The notes under the pieces were generated by a model, which was not told the DNA's origin, did no database searches, and was given only the letters and a program-made list of their open reading frames with translations. A program made the position numbers and the translations under genes. A stretch of 57,114 bases of DNA from Prorocentrum cordatum (Eukaryota), in NCBI GenBank assembly GCA_963575745.1, contig CAUYUJ010000046.1, positions 62,001 to 119,114 on the forward strand. Direction: 5' to 3'. Of the stretch, positions 37,201 through 49,300 are shown in pieces. Each line of letters opens with the position of its first letter. Within the stretch, counting starts at the first letter, position 1.

Positions 37201-39090
37201 CTGTGCTGACGATGTGGAGTTCTTCACGATCGGGGAAAAGGCGGCGTTGAAGGTGGCCGAGATAATCTTCATGTCCGTGTTGCGCAGCCCGAGCGTGCGC
37301 ACCGAGTCAGGGGATCTGTTGACCCCTCTGCTGTCATCATCACCAGCTTGACATCCTTCAGGGAGGACTGCTTGAAGAGTGTCGCCGCACTGAGCGAATA
37401 ACCGTTGCCCATCCATCCTCCATACACAGGATTGCCAGAGGACCTTCGCGCCCGTCTCATGTGCTGCCCAGGCGGCGCATGGCAGCCCATCAACGCCAGG
37501 GGAGGAGCGCGACGGCGCAAGCTTGACAAGCACTCGCTGTAGCATCTCAAGAGACGGTGGGGAAAGCCCATCGAACGAGCAAGGTTGCACGAACCGTTCA
37601 GCATAGCGTCTAGTATGGGCAGGATAATCATGGGGAGCAGCAGAAACTGGTGCCAAATATCGCGTGAGTGCGTCCAGCTTCTCGAATGGGTCGGCATAGG
37701 CGGCGCCGTCGGCCTCGATGGAGCGCAATGCTAGCTTTTTTCGAGAAAGGAACCCAGAGCCGGGCCTTCCGCTGCACCGCAGCGATCATACCAGCCGAGG
37801 GGCGTCGTCGACCTTCCCCGTGTACTGCATCATGTTGTAATCGCTCGAACTCGAGCTCTGCAGCACGACGTTGAGTGGCGTCCACCCACGCCTGAAAGGT
37901 AGGGTAGTCCGCAATGATGACCTGGGTATTCTGTACCTGCAGACACGCCCGAGCAATTTCAGAAGCATGGCATAACTTCTGCGCAAGCGAAGTGTTTTGC
38001 CGCCAGACGCATCGAGCAGCTTGTCGAACATATATCAACTGGGCTTCAAGGGAGTCGCTCTCGTTGACCAAGATATTCTGCATTGTATCGAAAGCTGCAG
38101 CTTGAAGCAAGTCTTTATACCTCAGTAATTGCCACGGTGGGGACATGCCCAAGGAGAACTGTCCATCATTATCGAGAAGCACGCCTAGTCGCCGCCGAAA
38201 CTCTGGCCGTTTGTAGATATGAGCAGGGACTGGTTTGCGATAGCAACCATCAAGATCACGATGTCGAATGTGCACCCAAATAGCCACGTGATCCGATAGC
38301 TCTTTGTCGTGCATCTCTTCGGGCGTGGATACTACCGACACGGAGTGCTGGAGTTGGCATGACATCCAATTAGGTTCGGATAGCCAGAGCCAGTCGATCT
38401 GTGACACAGCCTTCGTGTCATGGCAGTAGTGTGTCGGGTCCTCCGACGCTATCTCCAACATCTGATCAAAAACCGAAGACCAAAGTCTCACATGCGAGCG
38501 AGCGTCATTCGTGACTTTGCGCAACTTTGCTGCTGTCGGTTGCGCCAAGTGGAGCGCGTCGCGCGCTGCTAAGTTGAGGTCGCCACATGCAACAACTAGC
38601 CTTGAGCTGCGATCGAGAGATGCCCAGTGCATGTCCGCCTTAATAGCTCTAATCACCTTCTGCGCGTCAACCACCGAGAGACCATGATTGTGAATATTGG
38701 ACGAATCTCTGCGCGCCCACCCACCAAACTAAATCGCATAACTCTGCCTCTGACGAATGGAGTAGACGATGAAGCCCACGATGACGTCTTCGAGAGTGGC
38801 ACAATCGTAGCAACTCCGCCACGACCACGGCCAGAAACATCATCCCCATCTTTGGCATATTCGAAGGAGCCAAAGACTGTAGCATCGGGCGCGATTCTGC
38901 GCATGTAGAGTTCCAGCCCCCCCCCCCCCCCCCCCCCCTCCCCCCCCCCGGGTCTGGTGAGCCTCTTGTATGGCAACGATGGAGGAGGAGATGCCAATCA
39001 GGTCCAGGTAGGAGGCCTTACTCATCGCTCTAGCACCACGGAACTGCAGCACCGCCCGAGCGTTCCACGACACAAACGTACGCTCCTGAC
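34257..39090 (-). pseudogene. LINE ORF2: AP endonuclease + reverse transcriptase + CCHC finger + duplicated C-terminal domain (frameshifted)
   Basis: APE motifs SWNARA, IQEAH, GRGGVA, CGDLN, PTHY...SQIDW, LSDH. RT motifs SPGVDG, QRGFISGR, ALDFGQAFPSL, GIIQGCALAG, ACADDIG. Zn motif CLFGC...HYWEC. Split over several frames; poly-C run at 38917-38948. Confidence 0.93.
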
Positions 39091-39169
39091 AGCGCGGCGC
39101 CAGGCCGCCCCGCACCTTGTGATAGAAGATGTCGTCGCACTTGCTAAAGAGACCACTCTGGCTCCGCGT

Positions 39170-40326
39170 TGGGCTTGAGGATGTGACCAATCGAGTTGTT
39201 GATACTAGCACGCGTCCACCCCCGTGAGGTGAGCGCGGCATCATGAAAGTAGCAGAGCGTGGGATCGCGGCCAGGCTGAGGTTCAAGTCGCAGCACGGGG
39301 TTACAGTTCTCAGATAGCCATCCATTCTGTCGATCAAAAAAAGAATTTGCACTGCGGGTGCATCCCCCGAAGCACGCTCGTAACCTTCTTGCCAGCAATT
39401 TCAAGCTTGATCTGGTACGGCGACTTATCAGGCCCAATGTGTAGTTGCGTTGAGCCACCTGAGGCAGCTGGCACAGGGAATCGCACCCATTGGCCCTTGC
39501 CGAGGCGGAGCGCAGCCAAGGCCTGTGAGACGCGCTTGCAGGCGAGGCCGACGGCACCTGTGAACTGAATGACAAAAACTCGGTCCTGTTCATCACCTTC
39601 AATATTAAAGCCTTCGGTCTTCGCGTCTTGGAGCCATGTCTCCACTGAGGATACCACATCCTTCTTACATACCAACGTGGGCGCAACGACCTTGAGGATA
39701 GTGCCGTCAACGTTGCGCTGGAAGCCAATGCTGGCGGGCTTGGGGGGCTGCGGTACTTTGTTGGCCATGACGAGCTCCTTACGCATTTCCTCCAGCGAGC
39801 ACTGCATGTCGGCAAACTGCCTGGCGAGGGTCTCGGTGCGGGCGTCCACATCGGCGATCTTGGAGGCCACGGTGTCCAGTTGACGCTGGATGCGCTGCTC
39901 GAGATCATTGAGTTCCGAACGCAGTTAAGTCTCCATCTCGTTCTTGCAATTCCCAGGAACAGCCTTGATCGCATTCTCGAGTTTGTGGACGGCAGCCATA
40001 ACTGGGTCCACAGCCTTGCCTGCAGCGTCGGCCGCTGAGGCGGCCGCAATAGATGCCAGGTCATCCTTGAAGGACTTGAACTCCTGCGGGAGGCGCTTGC
40101 CGAGCTGCTCAGCGATGAGACAGTTGATATGGGCGCTCCAGTCATCGTCGGCCATGTCGTATGCATCATCTTTGGCGTCGGAGACATGACGGCTCGACCT
40201 CGAACGATCATCATCAGCCCGACTACCAGCAGGGACAGAATCATCAGCAGCACCCCGCACAGCTGCGGGACGCCCCGCTGCAAGTGCCTTCTTCTTGCGC
40301 TTGGGAGCCGCACCATTCGGGGGCAT
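39170..40326 (-). pseudogene. LINE ORF1 (basic N-terminus + coiled coil + globular domain), disrupted
   Basis: MPPNGAAPKRKKK start; helical segments (VHKLENAIK, IADVDARTETLARQFADMQCSLEEMRKEL); position upstream of APE; stop at 39925 and frameshift near 39340. Confidence 0.75.
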
Positions 40327-40502
40327 GCGCGGGCCGTACGCGCCGAAACTTGACGCGATCTGGCCGACAGGAACGGGAAAAGCCTCCGTTTACCCGCCGA
40401 CCCAAGCGCAGGGACGGTGGACAGGAGAAGATGCCAAACCTCAAGAGGTCTTGCCAGCCGCGGACTAGCGGTATCCGCTTGGTTTCCAGGGGAAACCTGC
40501 AT

Positions 40503-40524
40503 CTTAAGCCAAAATGGCTACGGA
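40503..40524 (-). other. Dinoflagellate spliced-leader (DinoSL) relic at the LINE 5' end
   Basis: Minus strand TCCGTAGCCATTTTGGCTTAAG, 21/22 match; followed by ATGCAGG. Confidence 0.93.
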
Positions 40525-41135
40525 AGGAGGAGGAGGAGGAGGAGGAGGAGGAGGACAGGGGGACGAGGAGGAAGAAGAGGAGGACAGGGGGACGAGGAGG
40601 AGGAGGAGGAGGAGGAGGAGGAGGATACGGACGACGGGGACAAAGGAAGAGGAAAGTGCAGGTTTCTTCCTCCTCCTCCTCATCCTTCTCCTTTTTCTCC
40701 TCCTCCTCCTTTTCCTGTTCCTGTTCCTCCTCCTCCTCCTCGTCCTCATCATCCTCCTCCTCGTCTCCTCCTCCGTCTCCTCCTCCTCCTCCTCGTCCTC
40801 CTCCTCCTCCTCCTCCTCCTCCTCCTCTCCTCTTCCTCCTTCTCCTCCTCCTCCTCCTCCCTCCATCCTCCTCCTCCTTTTCCTCCCTCTCCTCCCCCTC
40901 ATCCTCCTCCTCCTCCTCCTTCTCCTCCTGCTCCCCCTCCTCCTCCTCCTCCTCCTCCTCCTCCTCCTTGCCCTCCTTCTCCTCCTCCCCCTCCCCGCCG
41001 TCCTCCTCCTCCTCCTCCTCCTCCTCCTCCTCCTCCTCCTCCTCCTCCTCTTCGAGGGTCCCCTCTCTTCCCCCTCCCCCGTTCCCTACCCTCCTGTGCA
41101 CCTCCCTCAGAGGGACCTTCCCAGGAGGCGGGTTC

Positions 41136-41311
41136 CTCGCGAGGACGTCTGCAGTCTCGTTCGGCGCCCGCGCGTACTCCAGGATCGCCTCCAACCTCAC
41201 GAGGTCCTCGCCCTTGCGGCCGGCCCGGCGGGCGACGACGTGGTCGAGCTTGGCCACGACGTCGCCGCTCAGGTCGAAGTTCAGCGCAAGCGCGCGCACC
41301 TCCCTGTCCTC
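41136..41311 (-). CDS. Host gene exon EDREVRALALNFDLSGDVVAKLDHVVARRAGRKGEDLVRLEAILEYARAPNETADVLA(R)
   Basis: AAG|GAG acceptor and AG|GA donor; GC3-rich coding island between microsatellites; one copy of the internal repeat. Confidence 0.88.
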
Positions 41312-41879
41312 CTTTCGGGCGACTTTTTGTTGAGGGAGGAGATGGGAGAGGACGCCGAGATGAAGCCTCCAGCTGTACGCCACGTCCGTCCTGCGAACGT
41401 GTCTGAAAATCAGGCCCCGAATTCGGACACTGTAGGGAAAGACAAGAAGGAGGATGAGGAGAAGGAGGAAGAGGAAGAGGAGGAGGACGAGGAGGAGGAG
41501 GAGGAGAAGGGCGGAGGAGGAGGAAGAGGAGGAGGAGGAGGAGCAGGAGGAGGAGGAGGAGGTGGTGAAGGGGGAGGAACAGCACGAGGAGGAAGCCTGC
41601 TACCGCCGCTGCGAAGACCGGATTACATTTTTAACAGGGGCACATCGTGCCCGAACAAGCTTCAGCGAAGGGAACACTGGCACAAACGATTGAACAGAAA
41701 ACTGGGGCGGCCCGCCCGCCCTCTTATGCAGAGTCTGACACGAGGGCACGGCAACACACGAACTTGCCAAACATTCCTTGGTCATCCCAAACGTTTAGCA
41801 CACAAATCACCGAATCTCAAGAAGGCAAGACACATGATTTGCAACATTTTGCAACTGGCACCGAACCGAAATAAAACGA

Positions 41880-42400
41880 GGAGCACGCGATCTCACGGCA
41901 AATGGGCCAGTTTCTTCCAAGGGGTCCCCCACTGATGCATGTCTGTATACACGGGCTCACTGGTGCTCCAAGAGGCCGCCTCTCGAAGACGCGGCAGCAC
42001 CCTTGGCGTAGGCGGGCAGGGGGTTCCCAGCGCCGCTGAATAGCTGGCGCAGAAGCATTAGCTCAAGAACGCTGCAACATAAGGCGGCTAGAACATTGCC
42101 GATTCGCGTTTGGCAAGCCCATCAAGAACAGGTCGCTTCGAAAACGAAAGGGGGGAACAGGCCCAGGTAGACTCGGAAGCCGAATCAGACGTGCATCCCG
42201 AGCCCTCGCCCAAGTCTGGCACGGCGCCCCGACGAAGACGCCCCGCGCCAGCCCAGACAAGACCCCCCCCCCCTCGCCAGCTGCTGGGCCTGCCTGTTCG
42301 AGAGGTCCTGTTGCGGGCCCGGCGAAGGCCCCACTCGAGCACGACGAAGCCTCGCCCCGCCCTGAACAAGTCTAGAAACACCTGCGGTTTCACGCGCCGG
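41880..42400 (-). pseudogene. C5 cytosine-methyltransferase-like domain downstream of YR (degenerate)
   Basis: VFLDLF (motif I-like, 42364-42381), VFVGAPCQTWARAR (motif IV PC, ~42200-42240), GNP at the expected ENP position (~42020-42030) and DMHQWGTPWKK (~41911-41943); frameshifted. Confidence 0.6.
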
Positions 42401-42439
42401 GCGCCCCGACTGGCCAGAGCGCGAGCGACGCTCTCGCGA

Positions 42440-43420
42440 GGGAGGTAGGCAGCGCGGTCGCCGCCTCGATCGCCTTCTTCGCGCGCGCGGCCCGCGCGAG
42501 CCACTGCAGCTGCTCGCCTGCCCAGCCCTCTCTTGCTGACGGCGCCTGCCGCTGGAATCGCAGAGCCGCCGACCTCGCAGCTTGATCCCCTGCAGCGTCC
42601 TCCACTGCAGCGCCTGGCCGCGGCTCGGCCCACCGCGCCTGGGCGCGTCGTAGCTCGGGCCCCAGGACGCCGACCTCCGCTCGCTCGGCCGCCCCCCCTG
42701 AACTCCAGCGCCAGGCCGGCGCGGCGGAAACCGAGCAGGCCCTCCCAAGCCAGCGTCTCTCGAGGTGCGCCAGCGCCGGCTCGGGGGGGCGGAAGAGCGG
42801 CAGGTCGACGACCGCTGTCTGGTCGAACTCCCTTGTCTTGCTGCTCCTCGGATGGGGCGGGGCGCGACCGCCCAGCTGCTCGCGCGAGTTCCCCGCGCTG
42901 GGGCCGCGACCATCTCGGGCGTCGCGCGCAGGAGCTCGCTGGGCCGCAGGTAGCATTGGAACGCGAAGTGGCAAGCGATGATCGCCCAGGTCGCCATCGC
43001 CCAGATGCCCGCCTGGAGCAGCTCGAAACCGATCAGCGCCACGACCACCCGCGGCAGCGGCAGCCTCGCCCGTTCGGGAGCGGGCCACCCCCATCCCTTC
43101 AGCGCCTGCGCCGCCAAACGGGCGGGGAATAGCCGCTGGTCCTCGAACTGCAGCCCGAGGTACTTCGCCGCCGCTTGCCCCTTCGCCCCGCGCTGGGCCA
43201 GCTCGCCGAACAAGTGCTCCTGGCCCATCCGGCCGGCCAGCGAGCGGCCCAACTCGTCGCTCGGCCCCGCGAGCAGGCAGTCGGCAGGGCACAGACCAAG
43301 CCGCGTGCCGAGGACGTCCTGCCTCGGCGCGCCGCGCTGCGCCACAGGTCCGCGGCGTCGACGACGCGCGCTGCAGCATGGAGGCCGACGCCCCCGCTGC
43401 AGCCCAGCGCGCAGCCGCGC
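42440..43420 (-). pseudogene. Tyrosine recombinase (DIRS type), frameshifted
   Basis: ALKGWGWPAPERARLPLP, FQCYLRPSELL (catalytic R box), SKTREFDQTAVVD (catalytic K) and degenerate RRGGPS...IKLRGRR...SSGRRR (normally RHGGAS...RGRW...SS.RRY). Confidence 0.82.
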
Positions 43421-43739
43421 CGGACAGCCCGCGCCAGCTTGCTGCTTCGGGCGGCGGACCGGGGCGGCGACCGCAGCAGCCGCCGCGCCTCCGCCGCGGC
43501 CTCCTTCACTTGGCGAGCCCGCCGCGGCTCGCGACTGGCGGCCACTGGCGCGCCGCGCTGCAGGCCTCGCAAGACGACGGGCGCCTCGGAGGGCGCCGGC
43601 GGCAGGCTCCTGCACGGCATGCTCGGCGAGCGATCGCGGCCAGCCCCGCGGTCGGCCATTGGGCGACGCGGAGGCCCACTGCTCGAGCCCCTCGGCAGCG
43701 CCCGATTCGGGCCCGTCGAGCCAGGCCCCAGCAGGGAGA

Positions 43740-44090
43740 AAGAGGCGCGACTGCGAATCGGCAACGTTCCGCTCGGACGGGAACCAGCGCACTGACGCCT
43801 ACGCGGCGCCTGCCACGCGCCGGGCCGCCCATCGCTGAGCCGCGCGGAGGGCGCCCACCCGGCCGAGGAGCGCCCCTCCTCCATCACACAAACGAGCTCC
43901 ATATAGTCACAGGAAAAAAATGGCTCGCCGAAGGGCCTCGAATCATGATGCGCGCGGCGCAGAGAATGAGCGAACGCTCGACCCTCGAGAACAATGATTT
44001 TCCCCGGTCGGGCCCGACCCCCACTCGACGCGACCTGCCGCCCCCCCCCGCGCAGCGCGTCCTGCACCTCCCGTGGGATCCCTGGGGGAC
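43740..44090 (-). pseudogene. DIRS RNase H C-terminal part
   Basis: IIVLEGRA, CDYMELVCVMEEGRSS and RWFPSERNVADSQSR resemble DIRS RNase H motifs (I..LE.RA, DN......KGRSS, RW.PSE.N.AD..SR). Confidence 0.75.
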
Positions 44091-44109
44091 TTCGGACTGA
44101 GCATCGCGA

Positions 44110-47100
44110 CCGCCGAGAATTACCATTTAGTGGCACTTAGTAGCCGCTAGCGGCCTGTGGCGACCGTTTAGCGGCACTTAGCGGCACGTGGTGACCTTTA
44201 GCGGCCCCGGAAATTACCATTTAGTGGCACCTAGCGGCTATTGGCTCCGAAAAGTACCATTTAGCGGCACTTCGCGGTGGCTAGTGGTTCCCCGAGAATT
44301 TAATGGTGGCCGTTAGCGGTTCCGAAAATTACCTTTCAGTGGCACTTGGTGGCCGCTAGTGGTTCCGAGAATTGCCATTGCGGCGCTTAATGGCCGCGCG
44401 GCCCCATCTGGGCCACGGGCGTGCAAATCAGGGTTCGGGGTCGCCGACCTCCGTGAAGCCACGGGCGCGCGAGTTAGACCGCCGGCCCCATCGGGGCCGC
44501 AAGCGATCGCGCATCCCCAAATTGACCACATAATGCATCTATGGGGCCGTCCACCTCGCCTCCCCGATAGCCTCCTGCTCCCTCGTCGGCGACTCGGCGA
44601 TCTCGGATGCCGACTCCGGCTTCGCGGCGTCGTCGGGGTCACCCGCGGTGGCCACCGCAGTCGATCGGGTCGACGAGGCAGTCGCGAGGTCGCGATCCAT
44701 CAACTCGTCGGGGTCGCGCCACCTCTCTGCGCCTTCCGGGGCGCAAGTAGCGGCGATGACGAGCTCCTTCTGACGCGCCCCCCCCCCGCCCCCCCCTCCT
44801 GCACCGCTCGCGTAGATCCTGGGGGGCCAGGACGCCCCGAAATCGGCCCGCGCCGCGGGGGCGGGGGAGACGGCCCATCGGAATTCTCGGCGAACAGACG
44901 CGAACAGACGGCGGAAGCCTCGTCACGCGACCAACGCACTTGCGAGAGAACGCGCGCGCAGCACCGAACGCGGCCAGCAGCGGCAGACGCGACAAAGCAA
45001 TGAAGGCTCAGTGACCAGCGATTCCCCCCACTTGCCGCCCCGAATCACGCCCGCGAGCCCGTGCCCCCTGCACTCCCGCGCGGAGCCTCCAGGCGCGACG
45101 ACTCTTCGGCCCGAGCACCCCGCGCCCACGTGGACCTCCTCGGCCGACTTCAGGGGGGCCGCGGGCCTCTTTGGATCGACCCCAGAACACTGAGGTTGCC
45201 AGCGCAATCCATGCCCCCGTCGCGACCGTCCGGCGCGGGCACTCCGTCGACCGCATCTGGGAAGGGGCCCCAGGACACACAAATAAATACAAACAAATAA
45301 AAATATGCTCCATATTTTCCTATATTTGTTGGGTTTTTGTCTTCCCCCCACTTCCCATATTTTCCTATATTTTCTGTGGAATCGACGATTAATTGTGTCT
45401 GTGTGTTTTTTTGTTCCCCTCCTGAGCGTAATCAATGCCCCCGTCGCGACCGTCCCGCGCGGGCATCCGTCGACCGCATCGGGCGCGCCCCCGAGAGCGC
45501 ACCTCTCGATCAAGAGAGAGCTCTCTGCGCTGTCTCTCGCGCAGGTCGGGGGCGAGCGCCGGCCCCGCCGGCGGAAGGCGAGGCGCGGGCGCGCCCGCGC
45601 GCGCCCAGCTATTGGAGGCCTGGAAATAGGCACCAACACCAAGACAGGGGGCTGCCTCTACAGGGGAGAGATGATCCTAGATTTCGGCGTTGGTGGTAAT
45701 ACTTCGGCCACCTTGAAGCCAGAATATTACCACCATCACTGAGATCGGGATCTTTTTTCCTCGGTGGAGGAGCGCCGCCAATATTGGTGTTGGTGTCAAC
45801 CTCTAGGCCTGAGAAGCTAAGCGGTTCGCAGACGAGGTAAAACAATTATTCACTGCGTGGAGCTCCCCATATGTGCATCTATTCGCATCGACCTGTCCGC
45901 CGTGAATGCCCAGGCGCAAGGGCTTTCGAATATAAGCGGGCTTCAGTTGTGAAGGTCTGGTCATGAGTCTAGCTGAGAATGAATTGGGGTGTGAATGAGA
46001 CTCAGTAGTACGAGCGCGTCTCTGCGTATGAGCCTGGGGCCTCCTGAAACCTACTGGGGCTTCCTGGGGCCTCCAGGAGCCTCTTGGGGCCTCCTGGGAT
46101 CCTAGGAAGGATTCGTGCCCCAGGAGAGGCCCAATATGTAACAACAGACGTACATAAAGCATTGCGGATTGGAACCACGGGAGAAGGGGGCAATCTATAG
46201 GAACACACGTAAAACATCAAGGATTCGTGCCCAAGGAGAGGCCCTATAGGAATATAAGTACACAGGAGAAGGACAATCTATAGAAACATACGTATACCAT
46301 CAAGGATTCGTGCTCCAGGTGAGGCCCAATCTATAGGAGCATACGTAAAACACATGGGATTGGAGGGCCTCTCGGGGCCTCTTGTTGCCTTCCGACGCCT
46401 CCTGGCGTTTCCTCTGGCCTCCTGGGGCCTCCTGTGGCTTCCTGAGGCCTCCCGGAGGTTCCTGGGGCCTCCTAGACTTCTTGGGACATCCTGTAGCCTC
46501 TTGAGTCTTTCTGTGGCCTCCTGATGCCTCCTGGGACCTCATGTGGTCTCCTGGGGCCTCCTGGGGCCTGTTGGAGCCTCCTGTGGCATCCTGAGGAGAA
46601 TCTGCGCCCACGAGTCTGGCCACCGATCGAGACATCCTCAAAATCTGGCCCACCTGGGGGGTGAAAATGAGCGCCTCGCTCGAGACATCCTCCAAATCTG
46701 CTCCGAAAGCGAAGGATGTTAAGACAGAAAACAAACAAACCGCTCGAGACATCCCCACAGAACGGCCGCGAACGGGACCGTGAAAACACCCCTAGCGGCT
46801 CCCCTCCGGGGGAGCTGAAACCAGCGCCCCGCCTGAGACATCCTCACAATCTGCTCTGGGAGCCAAGGATGTTGGGACAGAAAACAAATAAACCGCTTAA
46901 AACATCCCCACAAAACGGCCGCGGACGGGACCGTGAAAACACCCCTGGCGGCCCCCTCTTAGGGATGCTGAAACCAGCGCCCCGCCTGAGACATCTTCAC
47001 AATCTGCTCGGATAGACAAGGATGTTGGGACAGAAAACAAGCAAACCACCTGAGACATCCCCACTAATTTGCTGCGAACGGGACCGTGAAAACACCCCTG

Positions 47101-47400
47101 GCGGCTCCCCTTAGGGGGGCTGAAGCCAGCGCCCCGCCTGAGACATCCTCACAATATGCTGTGCGTGTGGAATAAATCAGACAATGAAGAAGGTCTGAGT
47201 ACGAACAGGTCTGAGTATGAGAAAGTCTGGGAACAAGTCTGAGTATTAGTTAGTCTGGGCATGAGTGAGTCTCAGCATGCGTAACTCTGAATAGGAGTAG
47301 GTCTGAGTATGAGTAGGTATGAGTATGAGTATGTTTGTGCCTGAGTAAGTCTGGATATGAGTAAATCTGAGTGTGAGTAGTAAGTCTGGGTATGAGGAGG
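44110..47400. repeat. Stack of secondary insertions inside the DIRS pol gene
   Basis: (TTAGCGGCAC)-like repeats 44120-44390; duplicated atgcccccgtcgcgaccgtcc...cgtcgaccgcatc at ~45211 and ~45435; CCTCCTGGGG repeats 46030-46590; ~154-bp tandem (aggatgtt...acagaaaacaa at ~46713, 46867, 47020); (GAGTAT)n 47195-47395. Confidence 0.8.
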
Positions 47401-47439
47401 AGGAGAAGGAGAAGAGGGAGAAGAAGGAGTAGGAGGCGT

Positions 47440-48050
47440 CCAAGTAATAACAAGAACCCCATCTTAGGATATGGGGAAAAAAGGGCGAATCTCCGACGGC
47501 AGCCCCGCGATGTAGACCGCATCGGCGACGTCCACGCCCGCCGCCGACGGCGCCTCGCCGGGAGCCGGCTCGACGAAGCTGGAGCTGCCCCTTGAGGCCA
47601 GCGACGTCTTGTCGGGCCCTGTGAACCGAAAGTTGCTGCCTCTGCAGTTGATCACCAAGCGCCGCCGACCATCCTTCTTCTAGGCAGTGAACATGCCGAG
47701 ATCCTCGACATCGCCCTCGCCCAACCTGAATCCCAACGCGCCCCCAGCCCCCGCCCTCTCGACGGCGGCCGGGCACGTCGCGGTCTGCCGCGGCACTGGG
47801 TCCAAGCACGGGCGGGTGAAGCCAGCCTCCTTCTTGAAAATCTCGGCGCTTTGAACTGGCAGCGCCTTCGAAGCGATGAACCTCTGCGCGATGTCTGGAC
47901 CGTCGGCTCTCAACGGCTGTCGCGGGGGCGCCAGAGCCCGCCCGCTGCGGGCAGGGGCGCCAGGTCGCGCGGGGAGTGGCCGCGGTGACGGGCTCGCCAT
48001 CGGAGTAGCCCGCGCCGACCTGAAGCTCCCGCAGGGCCACCTCGACGGGC
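47440..48050 (-). pseudogene. DIRS reverse transcriptase, N-terminal fragment
   Basis: LGMFTA*KKDGRRRLVINCRGSNFRF, GVDVADAVY, LPSEIRPFF and PKMGF; the downstream YxDD/N core is absent. Confidence 0.75.
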
Positions 48051-48429
48051 CCGGAGTAGAGGCGGCCCATCGCTGTGCAGCACTCGGCAGGGCGCTCCAG
48101 ACAAGGCAGCCGCCTCCTGCCGGGACCCTGGTCCCGCCAGCCGGCGCAGGTCATCGGGCCCAACGCCCAGCTGGTTCAGCGCCACTGCGAGCTCCGACGC
48201 GAGCCCGCCCTGCACCGCCGCCCCCGCGCCGGCGCCGCGCGCCGCGGGGCGCAGACCCGCCGGCGACAGAGCCCACGCTGCACCGGTCAGGGACCGACAG
48301 GGGAGGAAGCGACTGCTGCACGCGGTCGCCACCTCGAGGAGGAGCTTCCCCGCGCCTCCTCCGCAACGCCTCTGAGCCGAAACAGCTCCGGAGGCAGGCC
48401 CAGCATCGCGACTTGCCAGGGGGGGCGTC

Positions 48430-49300
48430 TTCGCCGCCCTTCCTCGTGGCGGCTGCCTGCTCCTTCTTCAGATTCCGTGCGTTTTTCTTGATGCTCGAAG
48501 TCCGCCCCAGCTGCTTGTGCGCCGTCTCCAGGAGCTCGGGGCATACCACCGAAGCCGACCTCGGACATCCCATGAGTGCGTGCGACTCCTCAACTGGCAT
48601 GAGCATATTGCGATGCTCTATATCCGCGCTCCTGTCGTCCAAGTAGTCCTCGATCAACCGTTGGCCGAGCTCCAGTGGATCATCAACTGGAGCCTGCGGT
48701 ACCCCAGCTCCGCGCTCACCAGATTGTGCACGTTCAAGTGATCGACTCCGCCCCTGGACCCCATCATCTTCAAGATCGTCTCGTGCATGTCCACTCCGAA
48801 GTCGGTCGGGGTTAATTTGCGATTCGCTTTCCACATCTCATGATGGAGGACGGGACCTCCCTCCTTGACCTGATACCTGGCGCACCACCTGGCGGTCCTC
48901 GGGGGAGGGATGCGGAACTGCTGGGCCGCTTCCTACCGACGCAACTGCACCACCTCACGCCGCTCTGGCACTCCACCGATAGGCTGCCCCGCGTCCGACG
49001 GCAGCTCGTGCGTCGAGTCGACGTTGCCCCAGTACTCCTGCACGAACCAAGCGTCCTCCGCGTCCTTCAGCAGCACGCCGCTCGCCCCCGGGCAGCTGGC
49101 CAGCGCAAACAGCCCGCGGCGGCCCGCGCGGGCCGACAGGGTCGCTCCGCCTGCGACTCCGACGAGCATCTTCGCGCCAAAAGCCGCCCCGCCGTCGACG
49201 TCCTCGGCGTTCCCCCGCTGCCAGCCCGGCGCGGCCTCCCAGCTGGCCAGGGGCACCACCGGCGCTGAGTCCGGCACTGCCGGCGCCCACGCCGCTGGCG
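48430..49300 (-). pseudogene. DIRS gag-like ORF, frameshifted
   Basis: RWKANRKLTPTDFGVDMHETILKMM...VDHLNVHNLVSAELGYRRLQLM...VVCPELL...IKKNARNLKKEQ, directly upstream of the RT fragment. Confidence 0.6.

Larger units (their letters stand above)
32740..40524 (-). mobile_element. Full-length non-LTR retrotransposon (APE-type LINE), SL-capped, flanked by (TCC)n
   Basis: SL at the 5' end, ~180-nt leader, ORF1, then APE-RT-CCHC ORF2 and a 3' extension. On the element strand both flanks are (TCC)n. Confidence 0.92.
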
